Shown here in pieces: positions 48,496 to 64,000 of a stretch of 64,000 nt of DNA. Position 1 is the first letter of the stretch; each line of letters begins with the position of its first letter. The notes under the pieces are model-generated. The model was not told the DNA's origin. It ran no database searches and worked only from the letters and a program-made list of their open reading frames with translations. Position numbers and translations under genes: made by a program. The stretch lies in the NCBI RefSeq assembly GCF_009914755.1, contig NC_060938.1; one strand, written 5' to 3'. Origin of the DNA: the human T2T-CHM13v2.0 reference genome, Homo sapiens.

Positions 48496-49879
48496 AAAAA
48501 TTTAAATCTTTTAAAATTTTTTTGTGGGTACATAGTAAATGTATACATGTATGGAGTACATGAGATGTCAAAACATGATACAGGCATGTAATGTGAAATA
48601 AGCACGTGGGAATGGGATATCCATCCCCTCAAGCACTTAACCTTTGAGTTACAAACAATCCAGTCACACTCTTTATTTTAAAATGCCACAATTAAGTTAT
48701 TATTGACTATAGTCACCCTATTGTGTTGTCAAATAGTAGCTCTTATCCCTTCTTTCTATGTTTTTTACCCATTTACCATCCCCACGTAACCCCTCTTCCC
48801 ACCACCCTTCCCAACCTCTGATGACCATTCTTTTACGCTTTATGTCCATGAGTTCAATTGTTTTGATTTCTAGGTCACATAAATAATTGAGAATATGTGA
48901 TGTTTGTATTTCTGTGCCTGGCTTATTTCACTTAACATAATGATCTCTAGTTCCATGCATGTTGTTGCAAATGACTGGCCCTCATTCTTTTTTATGGCTG
49001 AATAGTACTCCACTGTGTATATGTAGCACATTTTCTTTATCCATTCATCTGTTGATGGACACTTAGGTTACTTCCAAATCTTATCTATTGTAAACAGTGC
49101 TGCAGCAAACACAAGAGTGCAGATATCTCTTCAATGTGCTGATTTCCTTTCTTTTCAGTATATACCTACCAGTGCTATTGCTGGATCATATGGCAGCTCT
49201 ACTTTTAGTTTTTTGAGGAACCTCCAAACTGTTCTCCATAGTGGTTGTACTAATTTACATTCTCACAACAGTGTACAAGGGTTCCCTTTTCTCTACATCC
49301 TTGCTAGCATTTGTTATTGCCTGTATTTTGGATATAAGCTATTTTAACTGGGTGAGATGATATTTCATTGTAGTTTTGATTTGCATTTCTCTGATGCTCA
49401 ATGATGTTGAGCACCTTTCATGTGCATGTTTGCCATTTGTATGTCTTTTTTGGAGAAATGTCTATTCAAATCTTTTGCCCATTTTTTGATTGAATTATTA
49501 GATTTTTTTCCTATAGAGTTGTTTGAGTTCCTTATATATTCTGGTTTTTAGCCCCTTGCCAGATTGGTAGTTGGCACATATTTTCTCCTATTCTGTGAGT
49601 TGTCTCTTTACTTTGTTGATGGTATCCTTTGCTTTGCAGGAGGTTTTTAGCTTGATGTGATCCATTTGTTCATTTTTGCCTTGGTTGCCTGCACTTGTGG
49701 GGTATTGCTCAAGAAATCTTTGCCCAGATCAATGTCCTGCAGATTTTTCCCAATGTTTTCTTGTAGTAATTTCATAGTTTGAGGTCTTAGATTTAAGTTT
49801 TTAATTCATTTTGATTTTATTTTTGTGTATGGGTTAGATAGGGGTCTAGTTTCATTCTTCTATATATGGATATATATAT

Positions 49880-49944
<65 letters not shown>

Positions 49945-50640
49945 ACTGTCTGGGAAAACTGAATTTATAGAAGAGACTGTCTTGTTCCCAGTGTATGTTA
50001 TTGGCACCTTTGTCAAAAATGAGTTCACTGTAGCTGTGTGAATTTGTTTCTGGGTTCTGTATTCTGTTCCATTGGTCTATGAGTCTGTTTTTATGTCAGT
50101 ACCACACTGTTTTGGTTACTATATCTCTGTTACATAATTTGAAGTCAGGTAATGTTTTTCTTCTAGTTTTGTTCTTTTGCCTAGGATAGTTTTGGCTCTT
50201 CTGGGTCTTTTGTGGTTCTACATAAATTTTAGCATTGACTTTTTTTTCTATTTATGTGAAGAATGTCATTGCTATTTTGATAGGAGTTGCATTGAATCTG
50301 TGGATTGCTTTGGGTAGCATGGACATTTTAACAACATTGAGTCTTCTAATCCATGAACATGGAATATCTTTCCATTTTTTTGATGTCCTCTTCAATTTCC
50401 TTCATCAATGTTTTATAGTTTTCATTATATAGTCTTTCACTTCTTTGGTTAAATTAATTTCTAGGTATTTAATTTTATGTGTGGCTGTTGTAAATGGAAT
50501 TACTTTTTAAATTTCCTTTTCACATTGTTCACTGTTGGCACATAGAAATGCTACTGATTTTTGAATGTTGATTTTGTATCCTGCAACTTTACGAATTTAT
50601 CACTTCTAAGAGTCTTCCGGTGGAATCTTTAGGTTTTCCA
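48496..50640 (-). mobile_element. L1MA1/2-like 5'-truncated element, ~2.1 kb
   Basis: gtgggtacatagta...atccatcccctcaagc...gttacaaacaatcca 3'UTR; 12-bp TSD TTCCAGATTTTT at 48484-48495 and 50636-50647. Confidence 0.9.
49882..49941. repeat. (AT)30 perfect microsatellite inside the L1MA
   Basis: Read directly from the sequence. Confidence 0.98.
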
Positions 50641-50923
50641 GATTTTTCATTTTTGCCCAAGGGATCATATTTTGAGTAAATATTTCAACTTAATTTTCTA
50701 GTTGATTAATTTGATTCTAAATTGTGTCCATTCTGCTATTTTGCACATCTATTTTATTTCTTTAATTTGAAAATGCTTAGAATAAAAACGTTATGTCTAC
50801 AGGCTCACTGGAACGTAACCTTATCATTCACTAGGAGCAATGGTTAGAAATAGCTGATTTAGTATTCATGGTAACTTTATAAAACATAATCTATGGTAAA
50901 TAATGGGAGCTGACTATACTTCA

Positions 50924-54378
<3,455 letters not shown>

Positions 54379-56161
54379 GCAGTGACTTTCAAGTGACAAG
54401 GAAGAGCAAGGGGAACACTTGCCTACCTCCTATTCCTGAAGTATTTCTTGGGAAATTGTCAGAAGGCATGGTCTCAGGAGACTTTCAGGGTGGTTGTTTT
54501 TTTTTTTTAATTTTTTAAACAAACAAGGGAGTAAAGGTCATATTCGGAGAGGAGCCTCAGGTTACAAGAGAGTTTGTTATTCCATATCAGGAGCACCAAA
54601 AGGCACAGTGAACAATTTTGGAAGAAAAGGAGATGAAGGTATTATTAACCCGGCCCTTTAGGGTATGTGCACTACAGTTTGGGTGGGGAGGTGGGTTAGT
54701 GAATGGCTTGGTTAACTTAGAGTTTTGGAAGTGACCAGGCAAATAGGAATGTGAGGCATCATGAGAGATTAGTTTGATAGTTTATTAGAGAAAGGGGAAT
54801 AGTTGACACTTTCTTCTGAAGCTTGTCATGCTATAGCTATGAGTCAGTAGTAGCTGAATCTGAGATTTTGATGTTACACTTAGTCTAGGGTTATGTCTGA
54901 ACTTTCACTTTTTTCAGATTTTCTCTTTTGACACTATGGGATTAAGGGTTTTTTCTCCCAATCCCTGTGTGGCTTAATTATTGATCTTTCCTCATCTTTT
55001 ATACAGATTTCTGTAAGTCATAATATTATGGTCTGTCTGGTAGTGGTACTGTTAGGCCAGATTCCAAAACTATCTGCTTTTATTTTTATTCTTACATTTT
55101 CTTTGTCCTTTTAGTGGTTCTTTGGGAAGAAGGAGAATGTGCTAGGCCTTGGACGAACTTTATACCATTTCTGTTAAAGCCTTCCCCCGCCTCCATTACC
55201 ATATTTAAAAAGTTGAAACATCAAGAGAGGAAATATTATTGAAGTATTTTAAACATTGACAGAAGAAAAGTGGAGTTCATTTTCTGCCTTTTGTACAAGA
55301 GGTTACCTGTCATACTTGCTATGTTGATATGGGGACATGCATTTTAAATATTAATATCACTATTAAATGGTAATATAGAAGTCTATCAAGTGCCATTCCT
55401 TTGGCAATACGGATAAATGTGCATCAGCTTCACCTTTAGCATTTTCCTGCTGCCTTCCGACCATCAAGTTCTTCAGAATGCTCAAAATCATTCTAATCAA
55501 TTCTTGTAATGAGGGAAGTTTCATTAATGGACTTACTATAATACTAATGAGAAATTAACCACTTGCCACTGTCTTTTAATGAAAGAGAGTTACTACTTAA
55601 TTTCAGGAAGACTTCTACCACTTTTCGTTGCTGTTATGAAGCTACCTCTAAAATTTTAAACAGACTTTTCCCTATGACAAGAAGCTGCTGAGGCAAAGTA
55701 CTTTTAGAAAAAGGTATTTGACTTCCAACAGGGAAGGCAAAATGAAGGAGGTTTAAGAATCAAAAGTACATATAGCAAGCAGAGGGCAAATTATTGAGCA
55801 AAGCTAGGGCCCAGGACTATTTCCGAACAATAGATACAGGCTTTTCTAAATTGCCCTCCCTGAGACTTAGCACTAGAAACAATGTTTCGATAATGTTTTA
55901 AATAATAAATTACAAAGTTTTCTTTTTTCTTTTTTGTATACAAAAGAAAGATTCTGCTTTCATCATGTGGAATTGATTATATCTCAGGCATGAAAGTGCA
56001 TTTCTGCATTTTCTACAGTATTGTCCAATGCAAAAAGTAGGCACATTTAGTGTCGTTAGAGTTCTTGTTGTCTTTATACTTTCCTGTACCAATTACCTTT
56101 AGAATCAAGAAAGAAGATCATCACATTCTTTCTTAACCAGGTTCTATTTCGTGAGAGATCT

Positions 56162-56495
56162 TGACATAGTCTGAATGTTTGTGTTCCCCCAAAAGCATAT
56201 ATTGAAATCCTAAACCCCAATATGCTTGTGTTAGGAGATAGAAGGCAATTAGGTCATGGAGGTGGAGCCCTTATGAATGGGATTAGTGCCCTTATAAAAG
56301 ACACCCTCACCCTTTCCACCATGTGAGTACAACACTGAGAAGGTGCCATCTATGAGCCAGAAAGTGGGTCCTCAACAGACAGCAAATCTTAATCTTAGAA
56401 GTTTTATCCACCAGAACTGTGGGAAATAAATTCTATTGTTTGTAAGCCACCCAGTTTATGGTATTTTGTTACAGCAGCCTGAATGGACTAGGACA
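56162..56495 (+). mobile_element. MLT1A0-like MaLR solo LTR
   Basis: tgacatagtctgaatgtttgtg...gaatgggattagtgcccttataaaag...ggactaggaca; perfect TSD GATCT at 56157-56161 and 56496-56500. Confidence 0.92.
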
Positions 56496-57009
56496 GATCT
56501 TTTAAAAGATAAGACAAGTGCTAAAATAAACCAGGACCTACTGCATTTATATAGACTGTCTCCTGCTTTTATCATGTATGTACTTCCATTCATGTCATCA
56601 AATATTCACTGATATAATTTTTTAAAAATTTCTATTGTAAAACCAAAACCATTTTCAGTCATACTTCCAAGTGATAAGCTAATAGTTTTGCTTCAGTAAT
56701 CATGTTTTCTTCCTCTCCTTCTGTCTCTCTTTAAATTTTGATGATTATTTTGTTTTCCATGTTTGCTATGTGAATTACAGTTTATTTGCTCTTACTTTCA
56801 TGGGTATGAAGGACACAGTTTTTAATTCTGCTATTTGCTACCTGTAGGATCCTTTTAAGTAATGTGCTCTTTGGAATTAACAAGTAAATAAAAAATGGAA
56901 CAATAACACTGTGTACAGTATTTTTACCTACAGCAGCCAGGCGTTATTGGGACTTGCTCAACAGAATCTTGAGATTTCAACTTGGTTTGTTGTTAATAAT
57001 TTTATTTTT

Positions 57010-57053
<44 letters not shown>

Positions 57054-57148
57054 TGTATGTATATATACACACACGTATGTATATATATACACACACGTGT
57101 ATGTATATATATATACACACATATGTGTATATATATACACACACACAC
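57010..57148. repeat. Compound (TA)n(CA)n / higher-order RY repeat
   Basis: Read directly; repeated tatgtatatatacacacac-like units. Confidence 0.95.
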
Positions 57149-57229
57149 TCTTCCAAGAATTATTTTTAACATGAATTATATAAATATTATATAGTATTTC
57201 TTGAAGTCTAAATTTATTTACTTTGTTTT

Positions 57230-60200
57230 TTTAAATCAACTTTGGAGTTGTATAATTTAGACACAGTAGTGTGCGCCAATTTGAAATACACAGTTTGAAG
57301 AATTTTGATAAATGTACTATAGTCTCTCAATTATGTAGAATGATGTAGTCTTGAAATAAGATTGTATAGGCCTTTTAACATTGTTCTTCTTTTTCAAAAT
57401 CCTTTTCTTCTCTTTTAGATCATTAGCATTTCCATTAAAATGATAGAATTGGGGTCACAATGTTGGAAAAAAACCCACATTCTGGGACTTTGATTGGGGT
57501 TTACATCAATTTAGAAGAAACAATTAGCATTTTTGTAACATTTACTCTTTGATAAACATGGCATAACTATTTAGGCCTTTAATTACAGCTATGGGTTTTA
57601 GTTTTGATATAGAGGATTTACCTGTATTTTGGTAAATTTATTCCTGAATATTTCATATTTCTGTTGCAAATATAAATTGTATTGCTTTATTAATCTTTCA
57701 TTTTGTTTATATTTTATTTTCCAATAGTTTATTTCTAGTGTATAGAAAAAATTAATTTTGATGCAGTGACCTTGTATCCTATGACCTTGCAAAATTAAAT
57801 AGTTCTAGTGGGTTTTATTCTTTTGTAGATTCTTTAGGATTTCTCTATATGCACAATCATAATGACTGAAGATGAAAATAGTTTTAATATTCCTTTCCAA
57901 GTATTATTCCTTTTACTTATGTTTTCTTTATTGCACTGGATAAAACCGCAAGTAGAATATTTAATGTGATGGTTAGGAGCTTGCATTCTCACCTTCTTTC
58001 AATTTTGGAAGGAAAATGTTAATTATTTTGCCTTTAAGTTTCATATTAACTGTAGATGCTCATTGTTGTTCTGGTAGTTTCCCTTAATCAGGTAAAGAAA
58101 GGCTTTTTTCTTCTTTAATTCTGGTTTTCTATCATTTTTAAAATCACAAATGGTTGCTGGAAATGAGACTCAAATGCTTTATTTGCATCTATTGAAAAAA
58201 TCTTATTCATTTTCTTTATTTGGTTTATATGCTGAATTACATCAAAGCTTTAAATATCCTGTGCTTTTAAATATCAAAGCAATCTTCCATTTCTAGGATG
58301 AATATCACTTGTATATTTTTACTTTCTAATACAGTTAGAATGTTACAGCTTGGTGGTATGCAGTTTTCTTTCCTCTTAATGTCATTGTCTGACTGTGGTA
58401 TCAGGATAAAGCTCTAGACACTTATTTCTCTTTTATTAGCTGGAAACATGTCTGTTTTGTGAAAGACTGGCATTTTTATTCCTTAAATATTTAATGGAAT
58501 TCCCCAGTGAGGCCAACTGAGACTGAAGTTCATTTGGGGAATGGGGGAATTGTCATTGAGGTTTTATATTATAAATTCAAAATTTTTAATAGTGAAATTT
58601 TCTGTCTCTTCTTAACTGTTTTGATAATTTTTTGTTTTTCAGGATTTTGTCCAGTTTACCTGTTGAGTCTTGCAACATAAAGTTGTTTACTTTTACTTAT
58701 TACTTAAGTTTTAGGTTGACATTGATTATCCTCCACACCTACTTCATTGTTGATTTTGGAGATTTGTGTCTTCTTCCACCCACCTGTTCTTTTTTCATGA
58801 GTCCACCAAATGATTTACCATTTTCATTTCTTTTCAAAGAAGTTTCATTTGTTCTTAATGATTTTTTTCTTGTTTTCTGTTTGCTTTTTCATTGGTTTAT
58901 GCTCTCATTATTATATCTTACTGTCTAATTAGTTTTTTTCCTTGATTTTTAAGGTGGAAGCTTCACTGATTAAATCTCTTTTTAAATCAATCCTTTCTAA
59001 TGTATGCATTTAAATTATAAATTTATCTCTGTATTTTCTGCCTACTTTGCCTTTCTCTAGAGCTCCAATTATCCATATGTTAGACCAATTGATATTATCA
59101 AACTTTTTTTTCTCTGTGCTTTGGTTTTCATAGCTCCTTTTGCTCTGTTTCAGAGTTAACTTATCTTTACTTCTGCAATGCTAGTCTTCTGTTAAACCAA
59201 TCAGTGAACATTTCATTTAAGACAGCTTTTTTTAGCTCCATATTTCCACTGTTGATAGTTTTTGCATTCTTCCTCATGTTCATATTTTTCTTTATATTAT
59301 TTAACATATTTATAATACTTATTTTTAAGTCTTTGCTTATTTTATTATATTATCTTTTGGTTTTGTTTCAATGGACTGAAGTTTCTCTTGGTTATGAGTT
59401 ATATTTTTCAGTTTCACACATTTGGTTTTGTTTATTTCATTAGATGCTGGACATTGTAAATGTTACTTTGTTTTATGTTTAGATTTTGATATCTTCCTTT
59501 AAAAAATGTAGTTCTCTTCTAGACTGCAGGTAATTTGCTTTTCCTGTCAAGGCTTATTTTTGAGCTTTGTTACAGTGGGTAACAAAAACTACAAAGTAAA
59601 GTAAAGGTTAACCTTTAGTCCTAAAGGGTAGTTTTAGACTAAAAGAGTAGTTTAGCCCTACTTCTAAGACATAGCCTTTTGGTGGGGATCTCTGTTTAGT
59701 GCTTTAGGTATTTATTAAGGCCTCTCTTCTGGTTGGTCAGACTTTGAATGTTTCTTACCCCTGTGAAAGCTCTCACAATTTTTCAGCATATAACTTCTTT
59801 CCTTTTTAGCACATAACTTCTTTCTAGCTGTCTTTCCCTGGTAGTAGTTCTTAGCCAGGCCTTGTTTTGGCACCCTGTATCTGCACTGTTCATTAAATGT
59901 CTTAAGGGGGACCCTGTGCACATTTCTGGAACTTTTCTCCTAAATTGTTCTCACCTTTCTATATGTTGCTTTGCAAATAAATTATAGCCCATAGTCTCCA
60001 AAATGCAACACTCTTCCCTCAATTAAGCAAAACAACTGTGCTCTTTGCTTTTTCATCCATGGTGGGTCTCACATACTGTTGGGCAGAAAGCTAGGTTGAT
60101 TATACCACCTGCTTTGTTACCATCCCATCTTTTAGGGATCATAGTTTTATACTGTCTAATGTTCAATGTTTGCAAACTGTTTTTTCACATATTTTGCCTG

Positions 60201-60270
60201 TTTTATGGTTTTGTTTTGCAAGTATAGACATAATAGGCCATCACGGTTTATAGTAGAAGTCTTCATTTAC
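57230..60270 (-). mobile_element. Ancient L1 (L1MD/ME-like) mosaic: 3' end, ORF2 and 5'/ORF1 pieces
   Basis: cagtttgaagaattttgataaatg; ttggtaaatttattcct; gaccttgtatcctatgaccttgc; gaattccccagtgaggcca; ctgttaaaccaatcagtga. Confidence 0.7.
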
Positions 60271-60589
60271 CTTTGTAACTACTTTTATACCAAATATGTA
60301 GACTTAATCTCACATTGAATAGATTTTACCTTTCACATCAATATTTGTATAACAGAACCTCATACTCTTAAAAAAAATAGTTCATGTTGATTTTATTACA
60401 GGAATTGACCTAGGGAGTTATAAGAAGGAATTCACAAATATTTCAAATCATTTTTATGTTTAAATCACATGCTTGAAATCAGTAACTGTGTTCACCTTAG
60501 CATTCTACACACATATATATAGGACAAAACTTTTAAATGTCTATTTAATAGTAGTACTTAATATGAATTATTGATTCTAGGCTGTGGGC

Positions 60590-60850
60590 TTGGTTTAACT
60601 TTACTCCTCTTTCTTCTCATCATGGTAGGACCAGTGACGACCTAGAATATATTCTCATAGGTATGACAGAAGCCCAGGAGGGCAAAAGCTGAGCCATACA
60701 GCCTCTTCTTATGGCATGTCCACTAATATTTCATTGGTCAAAGCAAGTTACATGGCCATGCCCAACATGAATAAGGCAGGGCAATGCATTCTGCCCTTAG
60801 TAGGAGGTATAGCAAAGTGATGTAGCAAAGGAATATGGATGTATAATTTG
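60590..60850 (-). mobile_element. Old MLT1 (I/J-type) LTR fragment
   Basis: cattggtcaaagcaagttacatggccatgcccaacat...gcattctgccc. Confidence 0.7.
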
Positions 60851-63799
60851 ATAATGGTAAAAATGAGATAGTCAATCACAATATGACTGTACCATCTAGG
60901 CCTAGAAGATAATTTCTGAATGTACTCATAGAGATTGGAGAACACTCAGTGTTATGACAAAAAAAAAAAAAAAAAAAAAACTGGGGCGGAGGGAGAATGG
61001 TTGAGGAATGGTGGCCATGAAAGAGATTTATAATCTAGGGGAAAAGATGAAAAAAAAATAAGGAAGTAGAATTCACATATGTTCTTTTCCTTTCAGATGG
61101 CTGAAGTGCATTTTCAATAAATGTAACAAGCAGTTTGTGAAATGTTTTCCAAGAATATCTTTCACCTGTTAACCCAGAAAGATAATTTAATCGGGTATAC
61201 AAATTTTGAAAGCAACTAGTACAGAGTGTGATATCTATATACATGTTTATATTATTGTGAATTTTATTTTGTTGTTTGTGGCCTAGGATTTTTAGTGGCA
61301 TAATTGTATGGGGGTCTCCTGGAAACACTGATGCTGAACAGATATCAAGAGAGTATTGCTGGTCTGAATACTTTGCCAGGAAATCTGAGGTAGGATTTTT
61401 CTCCAGTATGAATCAGAAAGAAATCTAATCTAGTGGAAGAAAGGGTATTATTAAAATTGATTAGAAGACAGAAAAAGGGCTAGGTATTTTTAATTTCAGG
61501 CATGACAAAGATGTAATCATTAGTCAACTGCACAGTGTTTACATTTAGTATAGAGATGGGCCACAGATTTACTAGAGCTGATTCATCCATATGGGTCTGA
61601 CAGACACTGGATTTAATACAATTTTCTGTTAGGTCAATGATATAATGAAAAAAAATCTACATTCAAACACAGAAACAGTAATTAGACATGAGTTAATATG
61701 TGTTGGAAATAATCCCCTCTTAGGAGTTAGGGGATAGTCTGTTAAGGCATTTGGAAGTCTGTGTAACAGAGGGAGGAGGTCACAGAGACCAGGTATTCCA
61801 TTACCATAGTCTGTGAATTGTTACAATGCTTTTGTACCTGGTGGAACAAACTACTGCCTTGAGCTTCTGTCTGTCCCTCCCCTGGGCCATCCCTGATTTA
61901 CCGATGATCTTACGCCTGGAGGGCTAAAGCAGCCTTGCAGCTTTCTGCTCCAGCATTAGGGCCTGCATCTATTCTGATTGATTCAAGGGCCTTTCTCCAA
62001 AATCATCCTTAAATAATTAAGCACAAGTCCTGCACAAAGGAGTTGACTTGGATTGTTAATAAAGATAATTACAGTTACAATTTCTTGAGCTCTGCAGACA
62101 TGAGCTGTCTCTAGATGGTATGATCATAGTGTGTAAATAAATTAGGTGCTAGTGTATTTATATTTTGCCTCCTTTCTACCTGGCAAGCATGGATCTAAGG
62201 ATGGAACCCAAGCACTAGCAGATGATCATGTTTTCTGGGTTGAGGTGGCTTTTGTCAGTTGGTTGTGTTACTAGGTATTGAGGCAGAAACCCAGATCACT
62301 TTGCCTGCTACTTGTTAACAAGGAGAGTTGAGGTCACCAAAAAGGAGTGGAATGAGAAGTGGGAGGGAACAAGGATGGCTTCCCCCCCGCTGATTAGGAC
62401 ACATCTCCCAGAATGATATGTGGTGTATTTAGATGTTTCCTACTACTGCCTTTCCAGGTAAGTGCCAATTCACAAAGCTGATTTGAGACCAAACTTTCTA
62501 GTCTTAAATATTAACTCCTTTTGTAAGATCATTGTAATAAGGTTGCTTCCTAGTCTAAGAGATTATAGGGGGACAGCCAGGAAGAAAAGAACACAAAGTT
62601 ACTGAAAAAGCTATAGCTTTAATTATTTTTGTTAATGTTCCTTCTGGGATGTAAGTTGTAACAGACAGAAAAATATCAGAGCAAGAAAACCACAACAGTA
62701 CATTTGAAATAAAGATTTATCCCCACACTACCATTATATGATAGAAATGAAATGGGCATCATAATTTCTTTAAAAGAAACATCTGTTACCTTTTTACTTG
62801 AGTGTGGAAGTATAGAAAAAATGATTTTACTTAATTTCTAATGCAAGCTGGATAAAGTAAATACTATGGATCTGTTACTGGGAAATCTATTGACAAGATT
62901 AACAAGATGGCAAATTACATTTTCTACATTTGTACAGAATTTAAACTGAGCAGATATAAAGTTCTAGTTAGCTGTATAAATCCCTGTTTACCCAGAAGTA
63001 TAATGACCTCATGTGTGCACAGGCCTTCTTATGTATGTGTACACATCCATGGCCAGCAGCAACATCATTCTAGCAATATTGACAGTCAGGTTGGCTACCA
63101 TGGGATAAATTTTTATCAGTTATGTAAAAATGGCTTTGGAATTTAATGTGTGATGAAATATTCAGATATATATTTAGGTTTGGGATTCAGCTAAGAAGCA
63201 GCACCACCAAAAATGATGGGTTTCCTAGATTGCTCTTCATCCTTACCAAGGACAAAAAAATCATTGCCAAGGAAATAAGACTCAAAGTTTGCCAGATGCT
63301 CTAATCAATATTTTTCTCTCACCCTCAATGCACTTCCCTTGCCAGTACCAGTAAAAATAAAATCAACATTCCACAAATGTGGAAAAGTTATAAACAACAC
63401 TAGAGATTCAAGTTCTAATATTGCTGTAGAATTCAGCTGCTGGGGTGATATTGGTGAGTGGTTTACCTTTTAGAATTTTTTCCTCACTAGCTTCAGAGTC
63501 CTGTATTGAAATGCCATGGAATTTTCCAAAGCTTTCTTTTCTTTTTGTTATCTTCTAAAATGTCTGTTCATAATCAAACTTTATCATATCCAGTTTACAA
63601 CCATGGTGACTTTTACTCACTGGTCTTCCTTAGATCCAGTGTCATAGATTCAGAAGTGAGTGACACAGTCTTCCTTCAATTTATATGATCATATTCAGAA
63701 CAAAAAAAACTCAGGCCAGTTTCCTCTTTCCCTCTAAATGACTCAGGGAATTTTAATACCAACGACACTCCTATATGAATTAGGCCTTTTCATTTTGCA

Positions 63800-63995
63800 T
63801 TGTGCTAAATGTCACTTAATCCTCACAATAACATTATGAGATGAGGATGGTTAGAATCAACCCCATTTGGCAAACAAGGCATCCTAGGTTAGGGAAAGTG
63901 AAGTGATTTGCCCAGGTTCAATCTCCTGGCATGGATCTGGAATTAGAACTAACCAGTCCAGTCCCAATGCTTGCCCTCAGCTTTTTCGCTCTACT
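63800..63995 (-). mobile_element. MIR
   Basis: cacttaatcctcacaataac...ccccattt...aagtgatttgcccaggtt. Confidence 0.8.
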
Positions 63996-64000
63996 GCATA

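Noticed and set aside
56911-57174. YIYTHTH-rich ORFs
   Set aside because: Microsatellite translation
60959-60979. Isolated polyA as a processed pseudogene tail
   Set aside because: No TSD, polyadenylation signal or recognisable cDNA body upstream

Overview
This is AT-rich, repeat-dense primate (human-like) genomic DNA. I recognise no cellular protein-coding exon, RNA gene, CpG island or CRISPR array, and I cannot name the locus. Roughly half of the window is transposon-derived: three young L1PA insertions (two 5'-inverted by twin priming, one 5'-truncated), a ~120-bp L1PA stub, L1MA/L1M/HAL1 fossils, six Alus, about 12 MaLR solo LTRs (THE1/MLT1), L2, MIR and hAT MITEs. All recognisable ORFs in the track are L1 ORF2 fragments or Alu/microsatellite read-through. 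I cannot support a new biological system. The best observations are: two base-resolved twin-priming junctions; one L1 without a TSD (possible insertion-mediated deletion); three L1PAs arranged as NAHR substrates; two template-switch scars (an 18-bp-arm hairpin in an MLT1 and a micro-inversion beside an (AT)30 tract); and a strong minus-strand bias of L1/Alu. That bias, together with several + strand exon-like cassettes including a 27-nt microexon candidate, hints at a + strand host transcript. Subfamily names come from remembered consensus motifs, and old-element boundaries are approximate.
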